64,000 bases of DNA from assembly GCF_963921235.1 (NCBI RefSeq), contig NC_086097.1, positions 234,982,001 to 235,046,000 of the forward strand, read 5' to 3'. A program made the translations under genes and the position numbers. Source of the DNA: Mobula hypostoma. Its lineage: Eukaryota. The notes beneath the pieces are model-generated. The model was given only the letters and a program-made list of their open reading frames with translations. It was not told the origin of the DNA and did no database searches. Shown here one piece after another: positions 54,446-64,000 of the stretch. Each line of letters opens with the position of its first letter. Within the stretch, counting starts at the first letter, position 1.

Positions 54446-55439
54446 GGTGGTGCAGGTTAGACAGAGTTAACAGAATCTTAGGAATTGAGCTGTTATACAA
54501 ATAGCAGAAGTCAACAAACTTCTTCCATCCTTGCAGGCTTCGATGTCTCAACAGGAAGAGCACTTCAAAAACAATTTTTCCAAAGGCTTGGGGAATTGTC
54601 CATTGGAAAAGGGCAAAAAAAAAAATGTAACCCAATTTGAAGTAGTGCCAAACCACCCAGAAACTGTATTCCCTGCTGCAGAAGCTGAATCTGCAGGAGC
54701 TGGAAACATCTGAGCTATTGTTTCAGCTAGAGCAGGGCTTCCCAAACTTTTTTATGCCATGAACCCCAATGCCATTAAGCGAGGGGTCCATGGACCCCAG
54801 GATGGGAGCCCCTGAATTAGAACATGAAGCCTGTCAGGTGCTTAGTAAGAGTCTGCAACGGAAACCTGTGAAAGAAAATGCCTCACCCATCTGATTGTGC
54901 CAGTTCAGTTACTCCTGTAACCAATAGAGAAATTTTCTATTAATTTGACTGAGTTTTTTCTACCTATCAGTTATGAATATCAAGTCCTTATAGAACATTC
55001 TTTCTTGCATCTATCATAAATCGTTCCTTAAATCTGGACATGCGTATCTGTCTTGAGATAAGCAACATAGATTAAATCATCAAATTTTTCCACGGGACAA
55101 TTCCTTTGTAAACCTTAAAAAATGGTTGATCCTCTGATAGCAGTATGTTTGAACAATTTTTGTCATCCAGAAATTTCTACCTTCTGCATGAACCAAAAGA
55201 TTACATCAGTGCTGTTATGAGAGTGAGTACTGTCAATGCATGACTGTACAGACAATTTTATTCTAATGCATTCTTTTAAATCATAAAAGTTATTTAGGGC
55301 TGAATAATTTTTTCTCTCTGCCTGTTGATTATAACACAATGCGACTGAATACACAGCAATAATTGAAGGCTTGCCTGTGTATATACCATTGTCTATTTGG
55401 CGAAAATGATATGAATGTAAACCCAAAATTTAGCATTAT

Positions 55440-55660
55440 CACGCAAACATGAGGAAATCTGAGATGCTGGAAATTCAAGCAACACACACAAAAAATGCTG
55501 GTGAACGCAGCAGGCGAGGCAGCATCTATAGGAAGAGGTACAATTGACGTTTCGGGCCGTGACCCTTCGTCAGGATGAAAGATCTCAGCCTGAAAAGTCG
55601 ACTGTACCTCTTCCTGTAGATGCTGCCCGGCCTGTTGCGTTCACCAGTAATTTTTGTGTA
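55440..55660. repeat. Fold-back (inverted dimer) Penelope terminal repeat with a hammerhead core on the minus strand at ~55543-55577
   Basis: Minus strand CCTGACGAAGGGTCACGGCCCGAAACGTC; the two halves are inverted. Confidence 0.7.
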
Positions 55661-55804
55661 ATTAGCATAATCAATTGGTCTGCAACAGTAAAATATGTTA
55701 TAGGTTTGCTTCCCTAATTTGCAACCTGTAGTCAAGGTCTCTCTGAAAGTTCATTGAATTCATAAGGCCACTAAGAGTTCTGAACTGATTTTCATTTTAA
55801 GGTA

Positions 55805-56569
55805 TGTAACCCTCTCACCAGGCTTGTACACTTACTTGGCTCATTAGCTGACTCTATTAGCAGCCTCATGACTCAATGGTGTGAAGGCCACCATTCATGA
55901 GCAACATACATCTGGTGATCGTATGATTTGGGGTTCAACCAAGCAGGAACATCAGGCTGTTTTGTTTAAAGGAAACTTGTTTTGAGCGAATGCTGTGTAA
56001 GTTCTGTCCATGCACAGTTATCGGTAGCCCAGAAATGACAAATCGTACAGTAGCATAAAATTATAAAGAATATATATTTACCAAATTTACAGTTACAGAA
56101 AAAAGGAAAAGAAACATAAAAGTAAAAGTAAAAGGGCCCATTACAGTTAAGCCAGCCCAATGTGCACATAAACGTTGGAGCTTATTTCTGGATATTTGGG
56201 GATATATTGTTTTCCTCATACGCTGGACCCATGGTCAGTGTGAAAGCACTCACACTTTCCGAATTTCCCTCGAAGACCATCTTGAATGAATTGGCTCTCT
56301 CAGGAGTATTGGCCCTTCATCTTTGGAGCCATTCATCTGCACAAAGCACTTCTTTCAATGAGGACTCTCCTTCCAATGGCATTCTGCGTCATCTTCCTTT
56401 CTCCCCCATACATATGGTTGACATAACATTCCTTAGTTGGACAACATGGCTCGTTATCTTTAGCTGGAGACAAAACACTTTTACCAGCAGGGCATACTGC
56501 CTTAATAGAAAACTGTTAAAATAAAATACTTCACAGCATAGCAGTAGAAATCTTACTCAAGCCATTACA
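55805..56569. mobile_element. Solo LTR (765 bp) inserted into env
   Basis: TGTAA...TTACA termini, TSD GGTA. Confidence 0.85.
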
Positions 56570-57711
56570 GGTATTATTTGCACCACAGAACAAACTATTC
56601 ACAACTGCGTGATTAAGGGCAAATAGGAAATCTGGGTATATACAATAGTCTTCAGGTCTAAAATCTCTAAAAAGCTTATTCATCTTCAGTTTTGAGTGAG
56701 CAGGAAGGAAAGCACTTCTGTTTTATAATTCCTTCTGCTTCAGTGCATCTTTCCATCTTGTCTTCCCATGCAAAAACCCAGATCAAGGGCTCTGCTGAAC
56801 TATTTAGAATGTAACCCAGAAATGCAGAAAGTTATCATGTTACCATGACATTTAACAATGGAGTGGAATAATGGCTATAGTTGCAGAAATGAAAATGTCT
56901 CACATTTTTGTAGTAAGTATGTGCATATATATTGGCCATATAATGAAAGTGCAATGAGATATCTGCCTAATGGAGAAGACTTCATGAAAAAATACAACGT
57001 TCTAGTCTAACAGTTTCAATGTCATGTTCCCAAGAGTGGGACCATCACGCTGTCTATACTTTTCTTCAAGTTAGAGTGATCTATGTCCTCTTATACTTTA
57101 TCTTCAGTATCTGGGCTGGAAACTTTCAATTTTGTTAGGTTGTTATTAATCATTTCTGCAGGTGATTCTTTGCCTTCCCATGTATCAATGTTCATTTCCT
57201 CTGCAATGCGTCAGAGTGAATATTTAAATGAACAGGAACAATCACTTTGCCGAGGCAAGATTTAAAGGTTCCAGTGTATTAGTTCAGAGCTGACCAAGAG
57301 ATAAGGGCCATTTAGTGATATTTGCATTAGAATCATTATTTCTCATAGATCGCTTTTAATATAATATTCTCTGAGCCATTAAGTTTTAGGAGTGTCTAAG
57401 CCAGATGAATGAGACAATCTCTGTAGTAAATGTGACTTTGTCTGCAAAAGAGTAAATGGTAAGGAAGGCTGCACAGAACAATATTATTATAAGCACAAAT
57501 ATGAAAAGTACAATACAGCTAAAACAACATTTCTTCCTGGAGCTTGAGGTCTGTCTTTCTCTGAAAACAGCAATGCCTTCTCGATGCATTATCACTGAGA
57601 ATATATCTATGAGATTTTTCTCAATTAAACTGGATTTTTTTTATTGCTTTCAGATCTAATCATGTGTACCCTGCCCCCTCCCAGGGATTCCATACCATGG
57701 ATCAACATTCC

Positions 57712-58545
57712 AGTTTAACAGAGTCCTAGAAAAATACAGCACAGAAGCAGGGCCTTTGGCCCATATAGTCCTCACCAAACTAAGCTGCCTACACCCATTG
57801 AGCTACAGCGGGCCCATAGTCTTCCACACCCCTAACATCCATGTACCAATCCAAACTTCTATTAAACATTGGAATCAAAAACTTGCAGGCACCACTCACC
57901 CTGGCAGCTTGTTCTACACACTCATGACCCTCTGAGTGAATGTGTCACTCAATTTCCCTTTAAACTTTTTACCTTTCACCTGTCGCTAAGGATGATTTAA
58001 ATATCTCCGCTAAGGCCCCAACAATTTCTGCACTTGCTTCCTGCATGGTCTGAGAGAAAATACCTTGTTAGGCCCTGGGGATTTATCCACCCTGATTTGC
58101 CTCAGAACAGCAAACACCTCCTCCTTTGTAATCTGTATGGGGTCAATAAAGTTGATACTGCTTTGCTTCACTTCTATAGCCTCTGTGTATAATCTCCTGA
58201 GTAAATACAAATGCAAAATATTTATTTAAGATCTCCAATATCTCTTTTGGTTCCATACATGGATTACCATTGTAATCTTCCAGAGGACCAATTTTGTCCC
58301 TTGCTAAACACAAAATAATCTGCAGATGCTGGGGTCAAAGCAACACTCACAACACGCTGGAGGAACTCAGCAGATCGGGCAGCATCCATGGAAAAGATCG
58401 GTCGACGTTTCGGGCCGGAACCCAATAGCTTGTCCCTTGCTATTCTTTTGCTCTTAATATGTCTGTAGATTCCTCAAGGTTCTCCTTCACCTTTTCTGCT
58501 AGGACAACCTCATGCCTTCGTTGAGCCCCCCTGATTTCATTCTGA
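57712..58545 (-). mobile_element. CR1 fragments, with a Penelope repeat at ~58305-58425, inserted at the pol/env junction
   Basis: ITKEEVFAVLRQIRVDKSPGP; CR1 3' UTR at 57715-57980. Confidence 0.8.
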
Positions 58546-58549
58546 AGTG

Positions 58550-60028
58550 GAATATAAGAGTTCCTCTCATTCTTGGAGGATAATTCCTGCAGGGGGAGGA
58601 GTTTGATGTTCCCTGTGGAGATAGTTTTACTTACAGTCCTGTTTCCCCTTCCGGATTGCAGCCCTATTATTGATAACCTCGGTAATGAAACAGGAAGGTT
58701 TCCATCTAGGAATGAAACAGAAGTTGGAATTATTTTAGGGAACTTCTTTTCTAGGACCCAATCCCCTTTTCATGGTCTACAAGCTGTTTTGTCAGGTTCC
58801 TTAGCATTCTCTTGAATTTGCATAAACTCTCTCAATTCATTATTGAGAGTAGTATAGGGTGTAGGCAATGTTTGGCCTGAGTTAGCGGTCTGGGGTGTAC
58901 TTAGGTGGATATTGTACTTTGAGAAATAAGGTGTAACATTCTTTTGAACTCCTATTTTCACAATTGGCACTTTGTTTCTGCACAGCTGGATTTCAGGGAC
59001 CAGTGTAGCCTACTTTGCCCTTAGGGTAGACCAGTTTTGCCAGGCCATTTTAATCTCTTGATCCCTTTGCCTCACCACTTGACCACAGCTGGTATGAAGT
59101 GCTGTCTTCCACTAGTATGCTTGCTTGTTCACACGTGGCCTGAAAGCCTTAACCACTGAAGAAAGACCCTCAGTTGGCATGTATGCATGCAGGGGTGCCA
59201 GCATATAGAAAAATGGAATTTTGAAGTGCTGCGATGGTTACAATCTCACCACAAGAAGTTATGGAAACTAAGCACATATACCCTGCACAAAGATCAATTA
59301 TCACAAGAACATACTTAAATACTCATTAGGTTTCCGATAAGGTGGGTTGCCTTGGGATGCCAGAAATGAGGCTATATAATTAATTTACCAGAAATGCATT
59401 GGGGCAGTTGGTTTTATCCTGCAGGAGGTGTTCTTGTGACTTGCTCCTTTATTATAAGCCAGACATTCTTTACAATTTGTTATGAATTGCATACAATCAC
59501 TCAACATGTAAGGCCACCAGTAAAATTTGGTTAATTTCACATGTGTGGCTTGTTCGCAACTATTATTGTGTCCAAATCCTTGATGGGCTTCTCAAATCAG
59601 TGCTTCCTGCTTGTGGGCAGAGGGTATTTGCTTCTTATCTTTTTTAGGGTGACATACCCAAACATTACCTTCACCATCAGCATCATATTTTTATTGTGTT
59701 GGAAATCCTTTAACATTGTAGTAGTGGTATCACAGAAAATTCTTAAAACAGCATCCTGGTTACCTTTTTTTGTTTGTTACTTAGTTACCACCAAAACCCT
59801 GGCCTCCCTTACCATAATAAGGTCCATCCCAACAGCTTTTTTCACTTATTCATCAGCTAGTTTATTACTGTAGCTGTGTAAGAGGCCTGCAGTATGTCCC
59901 TGGATGTGTAAAACTTGTACTAATGGGCAAGTCAAACATAATTCATAAATATTATTCCATGTGAACAAATATGGAGGTAGTTTACTTCTGTGTGTACTCC
60001 ATCTTGTAGTTGACCAGATGAGAAGATC
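58550..60028 (-). pseudogene. pol: Foamy-like pol: RNase H C-terminus and integrase
   Basis: WNNIYELC..VLHIQGHTAGLLHSYSNKLADE (cf. HEKGH..HTEGN.LADKLA); HHCC AHQGFGH..KFYWWPYMLSDCMQFITNCKECL; INYIASFLASQG; FKYVLVIID; C-terminal domain KGDWVLEK..PRWKP..ISTGNIK. Confidence 0.9.
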
Positions 60029-61108
60029 TCTTTATGTCTGAGTGTGCAATGTGCAATTTATAGTAATTTGTACTAAATAGTATGTACAGTAAGTGTTGCA
60101 ATGAGCGCATGAAGCAAACCCAAGTGCAGGACACAGGCACGGAGACTGAGTTAGGATGCTTACGCGAATGTGAACGTTGAATGGCAAATAGGAGGGATCT
60201 TGACACGGAGCCTTCACACAGGGAGACAGAGTTTCATAGGTAAACCTTGAAACTGGAGTAAAACTTAGAACGCACAGTCCAAAGCAGCCAGGAAACGTTA
60301 ATTATCACACAGGCAAAACCAATGATCTGGCAACTAGTGGTTGTAACGCCAGGGTTCTTATGCTGCAGGTCCTGATGGAAACCAGGTGTGCCATCATCAA
60401 AGAGAATTGGAAGCAAATGGGAAATTAATGGTCAGAACCAGGACACAATCAAAGGAAATTAGGAGAAAGATAGGGAATTAACGAATGGGACCATGACAGT
60501 AAGATATACAATAGAACAGTCAATATAGCTTAGAAGTACGATTGTGTCAGCATGAGTTAATCAGTCTGATGGCCTGGTGGAAGAAGCTGCCTCAGAGCCT
60601 GTTGGTCCTGGCTTTAATGCTGTGGTACCATTTCCAAGATGGTAGCAGCTGGAACAGTTTGTGCTTGGGTTGACTCAGGTCCCCAATGATCCCTTAGGCT
60701 CTTTTTACGCACCTGTTGCTTTAAATGTCCTGAATAGTGGGAAGTTCACATCCACAGATGCACTGGGCTGTCCACACCACTCTCTGTAGAGTCCTGTGAC
60801 TGAGGCAAGTACAGTTCCCATGCGATTGAGGAAAGTACGGTTCCCATACCAGGCAGTGATACAGCCAGTCAGGATGCTCTCAATTGTGCCCCTGTAGAAA
60901 GTCCTTAGGATTTGGGGACTCCTGTCAAACTTCTTCAACCGTCTGAGGTGAAAGTGGTGCCATTGTGCTGGTATGTACAGAACAAGTGAGGTCCTCCATG
61001 ATGTCTATACCTTGAAACGTAAAGCTGTCACCCTCTCAACCCCAGATCCATTGATGTCAATAGTAGTTAGCCTGTCTCCATTCCTCCTGTAGTTCATAAC
61101 CAGCTCCA
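60028..61108 (-). mobile_element. Rex1/Babar-like LINE 3' part inserted into pol
   Basis: ORF 60705-60938 ILRTFYRGTIESILTGCITAWYG. Confidence 0.82.
60094..60498. mobile_element. Solo LTR (405 bp) nested in the Rex1 insertion
   Basis: TGTTGCA...CCATGACA termini, 5-bp TSD GTAAG. Confidence 0.82.
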
Positions 61109-61109
61109 T

Positions 61110-61680
61110 CGTAAGACTTAGTGTATGGGGGCATGTGTTTCTTCTCCCTCATTACAGCAGCTGGCTACAGCAATTTTTTGGAGAAATACAAATGCACTGA
61201 ACATGAGATTTTGTTAGGTCTCTTGACCGGAGGTCTGTTGCTTGCAGAACTGTATTCATCAATTTATCTAATGACTCATAATCTTTGGGGGTAAAAACAA
61301 AAGGTTTATCATTTTTTTCAGTGTACATCTGCTGTTTTTGACAACTGAGCACACCTAGGTGTGATAGCTGTCGCATAATTCAATAGGCCTAGGGTTGATT
61401 GGAAGCCATTCAGTGTCTTTGGATATCCTACTTGAGTGAGTTTTTGTCTAAATTCAGGGGTTAAACCATGTCCCTGATTAGTAATTTTCATACCTAGGAA
61501 ATTTACTTTTTTACAACTGAGCTAATATTTTCTACTATTAATTACATAGTCTCTGTCTGTCACTTTCAAGAAGTGGATGTAACCAGAAGCCATTGGCCAG
61601 ATCTATGGAAGATTTATACATTTATGAGTCAATCCTTGCAGCATCTGTTGTCATGACTGTTGCTGAAGCACCCCTGCGCA
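61110..61680 (-). pseudogene. pol: Foamy-like pol: reverse transcriptase remnant; protease and YxDD segment missing
   Basis: YKSSIDLANGFWLHP (cf. YKTTLDLANGFWAHP); VNFLGMKITNQGHGLTPEFRQKL..PKTLNGFQSTLGLLNYA (cf. VEFLGFNITKEGRGLTDTFKTKL..LQSILGLLNFA). Confidence 0.9.
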
Positions 61681-61684
61681 GATT

Positions 61685-62900
61685 TTATTGCATTAACTTT
61701 GGCCTTCCCCTTCTTTACATTCTGTTTTCCCTGAGCTGCAGGGGAGGGAGTGGACATTTGGGATGGGCACTGTCCCTTTGCATATTTAAAGGGTGAGGGA
61801 TAAGCCAGGCCTCGTTGTGTGTGTTCAGTTTCATGCCCTTTTCCATAATATTGATGGGGCCTCTGAATGTTTCCTTTGTCCCGGAAGGAGTATCTTGGTC
61901 TAAGACATCCTTCCACAAAGAAAGGGGTTGGAGCTAAAGGTCGTGGCTTTCTAGGTTGCGGGTGAATAGGCTCTCCAGGGAACATTTCTTGTTTCTTGAT
62001 TATGTCTTTCCTCCTGAGGGGCTGGTCCAGGAGGACACTATGAATGTAATTCACCCTTGGAATGAGGTTGGTTTGATCATATTGTTACTGAACCACAAAG
62101 CCCTTTAGGGGGAAGTGCTGGAACCCTGTTGCGCTTGCACGGGAGCGAGCGATAATCCTGTTTCCACCATGTGGGTGCACGGGATCTCTTCAGCAACCTG
62201 AAATTATCTATGTATTGGGTGTTGATTAAATGGCATCGTGCACATGTTGCAGAGGTTTTCACTAGGACAAAGGGGTAACATTATAGAACAAACTTGGTTC
62301 CAGTCTGCCCTTGCCATTTGTTCTCTGATCCTACAATTTGCTATTAAGCCCTGGCTTTTCAGTACTTTACGCAATCCTCCACATACATCTTCATCATTAA
62401 TTTGTTTATAAATCCACACATATATCTCCTCCGCATTTCCACACTTGTTTCGGAGTGGTACCAGGGCTATGAGATGTAACATTAATAAGTGTTGCTGAAC
62501 ATATTGGGGAGTATGACTGGCCCAGATGGCCTGTAACCAACCGAGAATTCTGAAATAGTCACTTCAGAATTCCTTCACCATCTGCTAGAGATGTGCTGCA
62601 TACTGCCTGCAAAGTCCTAATAGACGGAGGTTCGAAAACTTGATGTGAAATTTGTATTCGGGAAGTTGCAGCTGCTCCCTGAACAGGATCTGGTCCCTGT
62701 AATCTTCTTTTTCAGGCTATAATGAATCTTTTTAATAATTCTAGTGCATGTTCCCTAGCATCTGTTCTCCATGTTTCACGAGTACCTCCAGGTCTTACTG
62801 GTGTGGGCACTACCTCATGTGGGCTTGACAAAAATACTTGATATCCTCATGCACCAGAATTAGGATATGGGTCACCACGTTCTATCACATAAGCATTTAG
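61685..62900 (-). pseudogene. gag: Foamy-like gag
   Basis: PSIRTLQAVC..ILK*LFQN; LRKVLKSQGLIANCRIREQMARADWNQVCSIMLPLCPSENL (cf. IKGIVDQEGVATAYTLGMMLSGQNYQLVSGIIRGYLPGQAV); RYSFRDKGNIQRPHQYYG; no Cys-His box seen. Confidence 0.78.
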
Positions 62901-62945
62901 CCCTCACCAAGGTCCCTACCAGGTTTCTATCTAAAAAGTGGTGTA

Positions 62946-64000
62946 CAGGTGTCCTCCGCTTTTTGAACGTTCGCTTTACGAAACCTCACTGTTACAAAAG
63001 ACCTACATTAGTTACCTGTTTTCGCTAACAGAACGTGTTTTCACTGTTACGAGAAAAACAGCGTGCGATAAAAGGCAGCACGCGCCCCGAGCAGCTGCTC
63101 TCCCCTGGATTCGGAACTGCATTGGAGCTGGCATTCCTTAAACACGTGCCTGTGAGCAGCCATTTGCCAGATGAGTTCTAAGGTATCAGAAAAGACTAAA
63201 AGAACTCGTAAGGGTGTTGCACTTAGCGTAAAACTAGACATAATGAAGCATTTCGATCGTGGTGAACGAAGCAAGGACAAAATGAGTTTGACTTGCAGAA
63301 GTTGACGAAGATGATGTTGAAGAGGTTTTGGCATCCCATGACCAAGAAATGATAGATGAAGAGCTGATGCAATTGGAAGAGGAAAGAATAACAATCGAAA
63401 CCAAATGTAGTAGTGAACAGACCGAAAGTGAAGTCATCCAGGAACTGAACGTAAAGCAACTGCTTGAGATTTTCGCTGCAATGATAAAGTACGACTTTAA
63501 TTTTGAAAGGATACGTCGGTTTAGGGCATATTTGCAAGATGGTGTACAAAGAACTGTATGATAGAAAAATGTGCGAGGCTAGCAGTCAAGCATACTGCTC
63601 GTTTTTCAAGCCTTCCACGTCAGCCACAGCAGACGAATAAAACCTCGACCTTCAACATCGAGGCAGGCAGACATAGAAGAAGATGACCTGCCTGCCCTGA
63701 TCGACGATGAGATGACACCTTTGTGTCCCACAACCCCAACTCCCGGGTCGTGGACAGATACCGATCCGATTCGCGGAGAATGCAGCGATAGCCGGGAGGC
63801 ACCCAGCATGTCTTTAAGAAAAAAGCTGAAATAAACAAGCTAATTAATTAGGTGCTGCCCGGCATGTAAATGTCGGCCCAGATCAGAGACGATTGCCAAT
63901 TGCGTAGCCTTTGATCTGGGCCGACATTTACGTGCCAGGCGGCACCTAATTAATTAGCTTGTTTATTTCGGCTTTTTTCTTAAAGATGTGCTGGGTGCCT
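62946..64000 (+). mobile_element. Tigger/pogo-like transposon, second copy, continues past the window end
   Basis: TA-CAGGTGTCC start; collinear with 24459-25450. Confidence 0.88.

Larger units (their letters stand above)
54560..57710 (-). pseudogene. env: Foamy-like env (leader peptide, SU, TM remnants), interrupted and internally deleted
   Basis: Leader QTSSSRKKCCFSCIVLFIFVLIIILFCAAFLTIYS (cf. foamy CATSSRV..ILLIIVLVSCFVTI); SPAEMINNNL; YCIYPDFLFALN; DARKNVL*GLDIH; LAETIAQMFPAPADSASAAGNTVSGWFGT (cf. LAAATKDVWPAAASALQGIGNFLSG..IFGT). Confidence 0.8.
50837..62943 (-). mobile_element. Endogenous foamy-virus-like (spumaretrovirus-like) provirus, degraded; 5' end not visible
   Basis: Collinear gag-pol-env-accessory-PPT-LTR on the minus strand, with foamy-type motifs in each gene (see sub-features). 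Confidence 0.9.

Noticed and set aside
54560..57710. Lokiretrovirus-type env (paramyxovirus F-like)
   Set aside because: Leader, SU and TM motifs resemble foamy Env; nothing F-like was seen.
4108..58425. CRISPR-like or tRNA interpretation of the recurring GATGCTGG...GGAACTCAGC repeat
   Set aside because: Copies are dispersed, variable and continuous with Penelope tails; no repeat-spacer periodicity or cloverleaf, and the DNA is eukaryotic.
58735..58755. Central PPT in integrase (AGAAAAGAAG on the minus strand)
   Set aside because: Position is plausible but it does not match the 3' PPT; too weak to call.

Overview
Repeat-dense eukaryotic DNA, most likely from a cartilaginous fish (inferred from an HE1/V-type SINE and the CR1/Rex1/Penelope repeat mix). 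I found no intact host gene. The main feature is a degraded endogenous foamy-virus-like (spumaretrovirus-like) provirus on the minus strand, about 50837-62943. It has foamy-type gag, RT, RNase H, integrase and env remnants, a ~1.8 kb post-env accessory region with ORFs I cannot assign, a polypurine tract and a 1084-bp 3' LTR. Its 5' end is cut by a Tigger-like transposon that runs off the window. The rest is nested mobile DNA: many CR1 and Rex1/Babar LINE pieces, Penelope-like elements with minimal hammerhead ribozymes, a Gypsy element with probable Gmr1-type domain order, eight solo LTRs with target-site duplications, and Tc1, Tigger, Chapaev3-like and hAT elements. All protein comparisons were made by eye against remembered family motifs; no search was run. 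Boundaries of degraded elements are approximate.
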